Both the position numbers and the translations under genes were made by a program. DNA of 64,000 bases, from the NCBI GenBank assembly GCA_902806405.1, contig CADCWL010000247.1, positions 71-64,070 on the forward strand, in the 5' to 3' direction. The DNA comes from an uncultured Thermomicrobiales bacterium. Its GTDB lineage: Bacteria; Chloroflexota; Chloroflexia; Thermomicrobiales; UBA6265. The notes beneath the pieces are model-generated. The model was given only the letters and a program-made list of their open reading frames with translations. It was not told where the DNA came from and made no database searches. Shown here piece after piece: positions 12,589 to 21,276 of this stretch; position 1 is the stretch's first letter, and each line of letters opens with the position of its first letter.

Positions 12589-13143
12589 ATGAGCAGCACC
12601 CGATGGGACCCCTTTAGCGACCTAGTCAGCCTGCGGGAGGCGATGAACAACCTGCTCGAAGAGAGTTTCGTGCGTGGCCCCGGCGAAGGCGCAACCCCGG
12701 GTGCTGCCCCCGGCGGCGGAGCCCCTGCCGGACTGGCGATCGACGTCCGGGAGACGCCGGAAGCCTTCACCGTCACCGCCTCGGTGCCCGGCGTCAAGCC
12801 GGGGGACGTCGACATCAGCGTCCTCGGCGACACGCTGCGCATCAGGGGCGAACGCCGGGACGAGCAGGAGAGTCCCCCTCAGGCCGGCGGGACGCGGTGG
12901 ATCGTCCGCGAGCGCCGCCTCGGCGCCTTCGAACGAACCGTCCGTCTCCCGGCAGCCGTCCACTCCGGTGCCGCCGATGCCGAGTTTAAGGACGGTGTCC
13001 TCACCGTCACCCTCCCCAAGGCCGACGAGGCCCGGCCGCGCAGCGTTCCGATCCGCTCCGGCCAGGCCGCGACTTCGCAAGCCCGACCGATCGACGTCGT
13101 CAGCGACGGCGGGAACCGGTCGGGACAGCCCACCACGGGATAA
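12589..13143 (+). CDS. Hsp20/alpha-crystallin small heat-shock protein
   Basis: WDPF N-terminus, DVRET, PGV, ERR.G.FER, A.FKDGVLTVTLPK; AAGGAG RBS. Confidence 0.93.
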   Translation: MSSTRWDPFSDLVSLREAMNNLLEESFVRGPGEGATPGAAPGGGAPAGLAIDVRETPEAFTVTASVPGVKPGDVDISVLGDTLRIRGERRDEQESPPQAGGTRWIVRERRLGAFERTVRLPAAVHSGAADAEFKDGVLTVTLPKADEARPRSVPIRSGQAATSQARPIDVVSDGGNRSGQPTTG

Positions 13144-13177
13144 GAGGTGCCGGTTCCTCGCCAACTCCGACGCGAAC

Positions 13178-13205
13178 AGAGCGGCGGGGATTGCCCCGCC
13201 GCTCT
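13178..13205 (+). terminator. Hairpin after hsp20
   Basis: AGAGCGGCGGGG-attg-CCCCGCCGCTCT, perfect 12-bp stem. Confidence 0.6.
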
Positions 13206-13397
13206 CGCCAGTAGGTCGTCAATTTAGGTGCACGCCGTCCCCAGAAGTCTGTGATCGGGCTCCAAATAGTCTCAGTAAGCGAACCACGAAGAGCCGGTTC
13301 AAGTTCTTCTTACACTGTATGCGCGACCGGCCTTGCGTCCATCGTTCGCGCCACCCGATAACAGTCCGGCGCCGCCCCTGAACCCTCGTTCCGCACC

Positions 13398-14261
13398 CTA
13401 CCCTCGCACCCGCTCCACGGCGCGCTGGATGACCCGCCGTCCGTAGACCGTCAACAGGTGGCTCCGGTACGCCTCGGAGGCGTACAGGTCGCCGTTCAAC
13501 TCCAGCCCCTGGGGCACCGCAGCTGCGGCGCGGCCGATGGTCTCCGCTTCGAGCAACTGGCCGATCAGCGCCTGCTCGGCGGCCGTCGCCCGCGTCGCCT
13601 TCGAGGTTGCGCCGGTGACCGCAATCCGGGCGGATTGGCACGTCCCGTCGGCACCGAGGGTGAGCATCGCGGCAACGCCGACGACGGCGTAGCCCGAGGC
13701 GGGATGGCGGTGCTTCTCGTAGGCCGCACCGATCGTGCCAGACAACGCGGCGATGGAAATCTCAGTGATCACCTCGTCCGGCTGCAGCGACGTGGTCAGG
13801 AGGTCGACGAAGAGGTCGTCCGCGCTGATCGTCCGTTGACCGCCGGTGCCGACCGCGGTCACCTCGCCGCCGAGGGCGAGCATGACGGCCGTAAAGTCGG
13901 AGGCAGGGTCGGCGTGCGCCAGCGAGCCGCCCAGGGTGCCGCGGCTCTGGACCTGCTGGTCGCCGACGTTCTCGGCCGCTTCGCCCACCACCGGCAGCCG
14001 CTGCCGCAGCTCCGCCGAGTCGATCAGCTGGCGGTAGGTTGTCATCGCGCCGATGCGAACGCCGCCGTTGACGCTGACCCCGCGCAGGCCGTCGATCCGG
14101 TTCAGGTCGACGAGTGCCGACGGCGCCGCCAGGCGCAGCTTCATCGCCGGCATCAGGGAATGGCCTCCGGCCAGGATCTTCGCCTCCGGGTCGGCCTGGA
14201 GGAGGCCGACCGCCTCCTCGACGGAGGTCGGGCGGTGGTACGCGAACTGGTTGGGGAACAC
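13398..14261 (-). CDS. Xanthine dehydrogenase/CO dehydrogenase family FAD subunit (CoxM-like)
   Basis: AGGHSLMP, GTLGGSLAHADPASD motifs. Confidence 0.92.
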   Translation of the reverse strand: MFPNQFAYHRPTSVEEAVGLLQADPEAKILAGGHSLMPAMKLRLAAPSALVDLNRIDGLRGVSVNGGVRIGAMTTYRQLIDSAELRQRLPVVGEAAENVGDQQVQSRGTLGGSLAHADPASDFTAVMLALGGEVTAVGTGGQRTISADDLFVDLLTTSLQPDEVITEISIAALSGTIGAAYEKHRHPASGYAVVGVAAMLTLGADGTCQSARIAVTGATSKATRATAAEQALIGQLLEAETIGRAAAAVPQGLELNGDLYASEAYRSHLLTVYGRRVIQRAVERVRG

Positions 14262-14294
14262 CGCGGCTCCTTTCGCTCGGGTGGCGGTCGGCGG

Positions 14295-14837
14295 TTAGGC
14301 GTTCTGGCTGGAGCTGGCGCTCGCAGCCTGAGGGGTGGACCCACCGCCGCCGATCTGGCCAGCGGCGTGCTGGACCGCGCGGACGATGTTCTGGTAACCG
14401 GTGCAGCGGCAGAGATTCCCATCGAGCGCGTGGCGAATCTCCGCCTCGGTCGGGTTCGGGTTCCGCTGCAGCAGAGCGTGGGAGGACATGATCATGCCGG
14501 GGGTGCAGTATCCGCACTGGAGCCCATGTTCCTCCCAGAAGCCCTGCTGGACCGGGTCGTAGGTCCCTTCCTTGGCGAGCCCCTCGATCGTCGTGACCTG
14601 ACCACCATCGGCCTGGACCGCGAGCAGCGTGCAGCTCTTGATCGAGTCCCCGTTCAGGTAGACGACGCAGGAGCCGCACTGACTGGTGTCGCACGCGACG
14701 TGGGTTCCGGTCAACCCGAGGTTGTCCCGCAGGAAATGGACGAGGAGCAACCGCGGCTCGACCTCGGCCGCGTAGACCGTGCCGTTGACCGTCATCCGCA
14801 CGGCCACCTTCGCCGGCGCCGTCAGCGTCTCCGCCAT
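14295..14837 (-). CDS. (2Fe-2S)-binding small subunit (CoxS-like)
   Basis: [26 protein letters not shown]; start at MAETLT (ATG 14837). Confidence 0.93.
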   Translation of the reverse strand: MAETLTAPAKVAVRMTVNGTVYAAEVEPRLLLVHFLRDNLGLTGTHVACDTSQCGSCVVYLNGDSIKSCTLLAVQADGGQVTTIEGLAKEGTYDPVQQGFWEEHGLQCGYCTPGMIMSSHALLQRNPNPTEAEIRHALDGNLCRCTGYQNIVRAVQHAAGQIGGGGSTPQAASASSSQNA

Positions 14838-15077
14838 TGTTGTCCGTTCTCCTTTGGTGAAGCCGTCGCCGGCACCGCAGCCAGGCGGTTCGGGCCGTCG
14901 CGGCCGTTCGCTCAGCGCCGATCGGCGCGCGCCTGCGCCGGTACGTCGCCGACCGGTCGCCTCCGTCCGGTCTCGAGGTGGCTCGCCACCCAAGCCGCGG
15001 GAGTATACCGTCGAGCCACCGAGGCGTCTGTATCCCCGCAGCCGCTACCTGATTGTACCGGCGACGGCTCCGCATCC

Positions 15078-16118
15078 CTAGCCGGCGGCCGCCGGGAGCG
15101 TCCCGGCGGCCGCCAGGCGCCAACCGTACTGTCGCTCATGGTAGTCGGCGAACGCCTGCCCCTCGCGGATCGCCCTCCACCAACCCGGGTTGGCCACGTA
15201 CCAGTCGACCGTGTCGTTCAAGGTCGACATGAAGTCGCGCCGGGGAGCCCAGCCGAGCTCGCGCCGCAGCTTGCCCGGGTCGAGTGCGTAGCGCCGGTCG
15301 TGGCCGGGGCGGTCCGGCACGTAGGCGATCAGGCTCTCCGGCTTGCCCAGGCGGGCCAGGATGGCCCGCACCACCTCCAGATTAGGCCGCTCGTTGCCGG
15401 CGCCGACGTTGTAGGTCTCGCCGGCGGTCCCTTTGCGTAGGACGAGGTCGATCGCGGCGGCATGGTCCTCCGCGTGGAGCCAGTCGCGGATCTGCTGGCC
15501 GTCGCCGTAGACCGGCAGCGGCTTGTCCTCCAGCGCGTTCGTCACGAAAAGGGGAACGACCTTCTCCGGGTACTGGCGGGGGCCAATCGTGTTGCAGCCA
15601 CGGGTGACGACGGTCTCCGTCCCATAGGAGACGGCGTAGGCGCGGCACATCAACTCTCCGCCCGCCTTCGACGCCGCGTACGGGGAGCGGGGCAGCAGCG
15701 CGTCCCCCTCCACCGAGTGGGTCCCGGGGGGGATGTCGCCGTAGACCTCGTCGGTGCTGACCTGGAGCATCCGCCGGTTGTGGCGGCGCGCCGCGTCGAG
15801 GAGCGTCATCACCCCGACGACGTTGGCGCGGGCGAAGGCCTCCGGGTCGAGCAGCGAGCGGTCGACGTGGGTCTCCGCGGCGAAGTTGACGACCGCGTCA
15901 CACTCCCCGACGAGGCCGTCGACCAGCGCGGCGTCGGCGATGTCGCCATGCACAAAGCGGTGCCGCCGGTCGCTCTCTAGCTCGGCAAGGTTCGCCGGGT
16001 TACCGGCATAGGTCAGCAAATCGAGGGTGACGACCTCATCCCCCGGGTGGGCGGCGAGAACGTGACGGACGTAGGCGGAGCCGATGAATCCAGCACCGCC
16101 GGTGACGAGGACGCGCAC
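15078..16118 (-). CDS. rfbB: dTDP-glucose 4,6-dehydratase
   Basis: GGAGFIG, AAETHVDRS, STDEVYG, YAASK, DRPGHD. Confidence 0.96.
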   Translation of the reverse strand: MRVLVTGGAGFIGSAYVRHVLAAHPGDEVVTLDLLTYAGNPANLAELESDRRHRFVHGDIADAALVDGLVGECDAVVNFAAETHVDRSLLDPEAFARANVVGVMTLLDAARRHNRRMLQVSTDEVYGDIPPGTHSVEGDALLPRSPYAASKAGGELMCRAYAVSYGTETVVTRGCNTIGPRQYPEKVVPLFVTNALEDKPLPVYGDGQQIRDWLHAEDHAAAIDLVLRKGTAGETYNVGAGNERPNLEVVRAILARLGKPESLIAYVPDRPGHDRRYALDPGKLRRELGWAPRRDFMSTLNDTVDWYVANPGWWRAIREGQAFADYHERQYGWRLAAAGTLPAAAG

Positions 16119-16331
16119 GAATCACACCTCCCGGCGCGCTGTGCCGCGCCGCTATGCCGCGCCGGACGGGACGACGGGCACCCCATTCGAACCCGAGACC
16201 GTTCCGCCGAGGTCCCGACGGGGGGCAGCACGCCCAGCTCGACGGGGCTGATCTCGGTGTCGGCCCTCTTCCCCGTCGCCTTCGGGAGCGCGAAACCGCG
16301 TGCGAATGGCTGCAGCAGAAAACCCGGCCCG

Positions 16332-17465
16332 TCAGACGACGTCGACCTGCGAATGATCGCCCAGCATCAGCCGGATCGCCTGCGGCTTCAGCGGCGAGCG
16401 CCCGACGACCACCTCGCGCCCAATCAAGGAATCGGCGATCCGACGTTCGACGTTCCGGATCGTGCTCCCTTCGAGCACGATCGAGTGCTCGATCTCGCAC
16501 CGCACCAAGTCGCAGCCCGGCCCGATCGCGGTAAAGGGGCCGACGTAGGCGTCCTCCAACCGCGTGCCGGCGCCGATGATCGCCGGGCCGCGAACGGTGC
16601 TACCGCGAACATCCGCGCCGGCCTCCACCACCACCGGGCCGACGAGGGTCGACTCGGCGTCGACGGTTCCCTCCACCCGGCCAGCGAGGGTAGCAAGGAC
16701 GAGCCGGTTCGCCTCCAGCATGTCGTCCTTCTTGCCGGTATCGATCCAATCGTCCTCGATGGTCGAGGACCGGACCGCTTTCCCGGCGTCGATCAGTCCC
16801 TGGATCGCGTCGGTGATCTCCAACTCACCGCGGGCGGAAGGGACCAGCAGCGGCGTCACGGCGTGGATCTCCGGACCGAAGAAATAGACCCCAATCACCG
16901 CCAGGTGGGAGATCGGTTCGTTCGGCTTCTCGACCAGGCGCCGGACCTGGCCCTCGTCGTCCAGGACGGCGACGCCGAAGGCGGCGGGATTCGGTACGCG
17001 CTTGAGCAGGATCTGGGCAGCGCAGTCGTCGGCTCGGAAACGGTCGGCGTGCCGCTCGATTCCCTCCTTCAGGAAGTTGTCGCCGAGGTACATGCAGAAC
17101 GGGACGTCGCCGAGGAATTCCTCGGCGGTTACGATCGCGTGGGCGAGCCCGAGCGGTGCCTCTTGCGGGAGAAAGGTGACCCGAGCGCCGAACGCGCTCC
17201 CGTCGCCGACGGCGGCCCGTACCTGGGCGCCGGTGTCCCCCGTGACGATCCCGATCTCGGTGATGCCGGCATCGACGAGCTGGTCGAGCGCGTAGAAGAG
17301 GACCGGCTTGTTGGCGACCGGGACGAGTTGCTTGGCGCCCGTGGCCGTCAACGGTCGCAGCCGAGAGCCCTTCCCCCCGGCCAACACCAGCCCCTTAAGG
17401 GGACGACCCCGAGCTCGCCGCGCGGTCGCTGCCGCGCACGGCGGGTCTACGACCGTTTCGGTCAT
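16332..17465 (-). CDS. rfbA: Glucose-1-phosphate thymidylyltransferase (long form)
   Basis: LAGGKGSRLRPLT..KQL, PSARGELEITD, C-terminal hexapeptide repeats. Confidence 0.94.
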   Translation of the reverse strand: MTETVVDPPCAAATARRARGRPLKGLVLAGGKGSRLRPLTATGAKQLVPVANKPVLFYALDQLVDAGITEIGIVTGDTGAQVRAAVGDGSAFGARVTFLPQEAPLGLAHAIVTAEEFLGDVPFCMYLGDNFLKEGIERHADRFRADDCAAQILLKRVPNPAAFGVAVLDDEGQVRRLVEKPNEPISHLAVIGVYFFGPEIHAVTPLLVPSARGELEITDAIQGLIDAGKAVRSSTIEDDWIDTGKKDDMLEANRLVLATLAGRVEGTVDAESTLVGPVVVEAGADVRGSTVRGPAIIGAGTRLEDAYVGPFTAIGPGCDLVRCEIEHSIVLEGSTIRNVERRIADSLIGREVVVGRSPLKPQAIRLMLGDHSQVDVV

Positions 17466-17717
17466 CGTCGCTCCTTCCGCGTGGCACATGAGCAAGGAGA
17501 ACCGGGGGTGGGGCGGCCATCCCCGCTGGCGATCACGTTTACCCCTCGATCGTCGATGCCCGGCATCGTAGCATCCTAGGGCGCGGCGTCGCGAGGTGGC
17601 GCCGCGTGACCGCCCTCCCGACGGTCGATGCTATAGTCGGGCCGGGTCGGGTCGAGGACGGCGGTAGCGGCCGCGCCGACCGCGCCGCCTCCCGTTTCCT
17701 GATCAGGAGTCCCAATC

Positions 17718-18998
17718 TTGTCGCCTCCGTCCCCGCCTACCGCGCCGGCCGCGGGGGACGCCTCGCCGTCCCCCGCGCGAAGTCGTGAGGCGGGCATCCG
17801 GGCGCGGGACCGCTTCTTCGGCGCCCTCGCCCGCTACCCGACCTTCCGTCGGCTCTGGTTCGGAATGCTCGCCGCCTCGATCGGACAGTGGATGCAGCAG
17901 GTCAGTCTCGGCTGGCTGGCACTGACGTTGACCGACTCGCCCTCCTTCGTCGGTTGGGTCACCTTCGCCGCCGGGCTGCCGTTCCTCGTCGTCGCGCCGA
18001 TCGGCGGCTCGCTGATCGATCGGCTCGACCGCCGTCGGTTGCTGCTCGGCTGCCAGGTCGCCGCCGCTCTGGTCGCCGTCGCCGTCGCCGCCGACGTCGG
18101 CGGCGGCTGGGTCCGTCCGTGGCACCTCCCCGTGATGGCCTTCGCCAACGGCTCGCTCCAGGCGTTACTAACCCCGACGCAGCAGTCGCTTGTGCCCGGC
18201 CTCGTCGCCCGGGCCGATCTGACCAACGCGATCGGCCTGATGAGCGCCGGCCAGAACATGACTCGCATCGTCGGCCCCTCCTTGGCCGGGGTCGTCATCG
18301 GGTGGATAGGGGTCGGCCCGGCGTTCGGGTTGCAGGCGCTGGCACTGGCCGGCGCCTTCGCGCTCGTGGTCGGCATCGCGCTGCCACCCCGAACGGCGCA
18401 GGGCGCCCGGCCCCGCGGCGTCTTCGACGGCATCCGGCTCATCTTCGCCAGTCCCGATCTGCGCGGCCTCTTTCTGGTCGCCTGCATCCCGACCCTTTTC
18501 GCCTTCCCCTACGTCCACTTCCTCTCCGTCTTCGCCCGCGATCTGCTCGGGATCGGCGCCGGCGGCCTCGGCCTTCTGATGGCCGCCTCCGGCACCGGAG
18601 CGGTGATCGGGTCGCTCCTGGTCGCCGGACGGCGGACGGCGGGCAGCGGTCGGTTCCTGCTCGCGAGCACAGTCGCCTACGGCGCCGTGATCGTCGCAAT
18701 CGCCCTCTCCCGCTCCGTCGTGCTCTCGCTGCCGCTCCTCGTCTGCGCCGGACTGCTCGGATCCAGTTTCATGAGCGCCGGCAACGCCCTGCTCCAGCAC
18801 CGGATCGCCGACGAGGTCCGGGGCCGCGTGATGGGCGCCTACCTGCTGACCTTCGGTCTGATGCCGCTCGGCGCCCTGCCAATGGGACTCGTCGCCGACC
18901 GCTTCGGGACGACGACGGCGGTGGTCGCCGGCGCCCTCCTCTCCTCAATCCTGACGGCCTGCCTTGGCTTGACCTTGCGGGAGCTGCGAGAGCTGTAG
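17718..18998 (+). CDS. MFS transporter (MFS_3/DUF894-like)
   Basis: About 12 TM helices, G..DRLDRRR motif A, RGRVMG. Confidence 0.9.
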   Translation: MSPPSPPTAPAAGDASPSPARSREAGIRARDRFFGALARYPTFRRLWFGMLAASIGQWMQQVSLGWLALTLTDSPSFVGWVTFAAGLPFLVVAPIGGSLIDRLDRRRLLLGCQVAAALVAVAVAADVGGGWVRPWHLPVMAFANGSLQALLTPTQQSLVPGLVARADLTNAIGLMSAGQNMTRIVGPSLAGVVIGWIGVGPAFGLQALALAGAFALVVGIALPPRTAQGARPRGVFDGIRLIFASPDLRGLFLVACIPTLFAFPYVHFLSVFARDLLGIGAGGLGLLMAASGTGAVIGSLLVAGRRTAGSGRFLLASTVAYGAVIVAIALSRSVVLSLPLLVCAGLLGSSFMSAGNALLQHRIADEVRGRVMGAYLLTFGLMPLGALPMGLVADRFGTTTAVVAGALLSSILTACLGLTLRELREL

Positions 18999-19251
18999 GG
19001 CGGAAAGTCCCGCCGTGACATGGCGCGACCGCCTCGCGGCCGGTCCCCGACGCATCCTCGCCATCCCCGGCCGACACCGAGCAACGTCCACGTTGCGACG
19101 ACAGATGAATCCCTCCACCGCAGCTTCCGTCAGGGCAAGATCCCTAACTCCTTGGGACATCAGAAAGGAAGGCCGGGTGAAGCGGACGCGACCCGGGCAG
19201 AGCGCCCCTAATGCGCGCGACCGAAGCCGAGCACGACGGTGAAGTTGCTAG

Positions 19252-20517
19252 CTACGCGTCGTCCCCCGCGGTCGCAGGCACCGGCCCCGTCGTCCGCCGC
19301 GCCGTTCCCGTCATAAGGTCCCGCGTGACGCGCGCAGCCTCCGTCTCGACCAGCGGCGCGATCTCGGCCCCGATCCGCGCCAGCTCGCGGAGCGTCGCCG
19401 GCAGGTCGGCGACGGGCGGCAGGAGGGGGCCGACCCGTTCGCGCAGGCGCCGGCGGTACCAGGCGCCGACCCGGCGCCGGACCTGATTGATCGACGGCGG
19501 GTCGCCACCCGATTCCTCCGCCAGCCGCTGGACCAGCGCCCGCAGATCCCGTCCCAGGAGCGGCAGCGCCGTGACTTGGTCGACGGCAGCGCGGGCGGCG
19601 CGGACCATCTGGACGTCGGCGTGCCACCCGCGTACGAGAGCGATCGCGGAGGTCGCCACCGCAGCTCGCTCCTTGGCCTCCGTGCGCACCGCCGCCTCGT
19701 CGACGACCGGCCGGTCGTCGACGAGGAGGAGCGGCTTGGTCGCGTCCAGCCAGCAGCCGACCGCGGCGCGGGCCAGCCGAAAGTAGTAGAGCGACGCGAG
19801 GAGGCTCTCGTCGAGCCGCATCGGCAGGTCGTCGATCGCCGCCAGCGGTGGCATCACCGAGGCGCCTTCGACCGGCGCGAAGAAGCGGTCTGCCGGTGCC
19901 GGCAGCAGCACCACCTCCTCGGGACGGACCGTCGTCCGCAGTATGCCGTGGCGGCGCCTCAGCATCAGGTGGGTCAGGGGATAGTCCGGGCAGAGAAAAA
20001 CGCCCGGCACGACCGCCGGTGCCTGACCGTCCCTGCCCAGGTCGCCGAACAACGCCGGCAGGATGTCCCGTAATCCCAGCAGATCCGCGACGACCGCTGG
20101 GCTGACCTGCTTGGCGCGCGCGGTTTCGACCGAAAACTTGGCGTCGACGGCTTGGAGGGTTGGCGCGCCGCCGCGGGTCCCGACCAGGAGCAGGTCCGGG
20201 TTCTGGAGACCCCGCTTCGAGGCGGCGGCAGCGACGGCCGGCGTGGCATCCAGACGGAGGACCCGCTCGACGCGCAGCCCCTCGTCACCGCCGTCCGGGA
20301 CCGGTCGCTCGCAATTCGGCCAGGCGAGGGCATGGTCGGCGCAGAGGTCCGCCCAGCGGTCGCCGACGAGGTTGCTTGCCCCGCCGCGGTCCGCGAGACC
20401 CATCACCTCGCGGTCAAGCACGGCCGCGACAAGATCCCCGCCCGGAAGCCGTGGGGAGCGGATCACCCGGTCGTCCATGCCGCCCCGCGTCGCCCCATCC
20501 GTCCCTGCCTCCACCAT
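19252..20517 (-). CDS. Hypothetical protein with a PD-(D/E)xK-like motif
   Basis: Protein-like ORF from MVEAG; contains NPDLLLVG...QAVDAKFS. Start uncertain. Confidence 0.75.
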   Translation of the reverse strand: MVEAGTDGATRGGMDDRVIRSPRLPGGDLVAAVLDREVMGLADRGGASNLVGDRWADLCADHALAWPNCERPVPDGGDEGLRVERVLRLDATPAVAAAASKRGLQNPDLLLVGTRGGAPTLQAVDAKFSVETARAKQVSPAVVADLLGLRDILPALFGDLGRDGQAPAVVPGVFLCPDYPLTHLMLRRRHGILRTTVRPEEVVLLPAPADRFFAPVEGASVMPPLAAIDDLPMRLDESLLASLYYFRLARAAVGCWLDATKPLLLVDDRPVVDEAAVRTEAKERAAVATSAIALVRGWHADVQMVRAARAAVDQVTALPLLGRDLRALVQRLAEESGGDPPSINQVRRRVGAWYRRRLRERVGPLLPPVADLPATLRELARIGAEIAPLVETEAARVTRDLMTGTARRTTGPVPATAGDDA

Positions 20518-20673
20518 CACCTCTCGCCGGATCGGCCGGCCACCCCCGAGCAGAGGATACCAGTCCGCCCTCGTCGGCCGGCGCTCCCCGCGCGCGATGC
20601 TAGAATCGCGATGCTGCTCCCTTCCCCAACCGAGCGTTCGCTGACGCCACGTGGACGCCGACCGGAGTGCGCC

Positions 20674-21030
20674 GTGACCGAGCAAACGACCCGCCCGACT
20701 CCTCCCTCGCCGCTCGATCCCTTCCTCGAGCCGTTCCTCCAGGCGCTGGCCGATCGGGCAGGCGGGTACGCCCCGACGGCGCACGGTGCCGCCCTTGCCC
20801 ACTCCCTCGGGTGGCCGCCCGCCTTTGCCGAAGCGGTGTTCGTCAGTGCCCGCTCCCGCGGTTTTCTGGAGCCATGCCGGGACCGCGCCGCCCGCGGCCG
20901 TGCCCGATGGGCGCTCTCCGAGCGCGGCCGGGCGTGGCTGTCCCGATCGGCGCCGGGCCCGGACCCCATGCCGCGCGACGATGCCACGCCGGCCGGGGCC
21001 GAGGCCTCGCTCGTCCCGCGCGACGGATAG
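20674..21030 (+). CDS. Small hypothetical protein, winged-helix-like
   Basis: GTG with GGAG RBS and extended -10 TGCTAGAAT upstream; LAHSLGW...RGFLE...RWALSERGRAWL resembles a wHTH wing. Confidence 0.6.
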   Translation: MTEQTTRPTPPSPLDPFLEPFLQALADRAGGYAPTAHGAALAHSLGWPPAFAEAVFVSARSRGFLEPCRDRAARGRARWALSERGRAWLSRSAPGPDPMPRDDATPAGAEASLVPRDG

Positions 21031-21276
21031 GCCGCCGCGTCACGAGCCGTGCGGAAGCAGGCACCACGAGCGGTTGTCCGTCCCCCTCTGTGCAAAGCAT
21101 CTCCAAGCGGGAGGGCCGTGCGTCGACGCTCCGATCGCCTTGCATCCGTGCACCGGGAAGCGTCGAGACCGCGCCCCGCGCCGCTCGCTGGGCTGGTCCA
21201 TCCGGTCGACCCGATATTGGCCCCCCAATCTCGCCGACGGCGCCGAGGCCCGGGCCACCGCCCTTGAAGCGATCCG

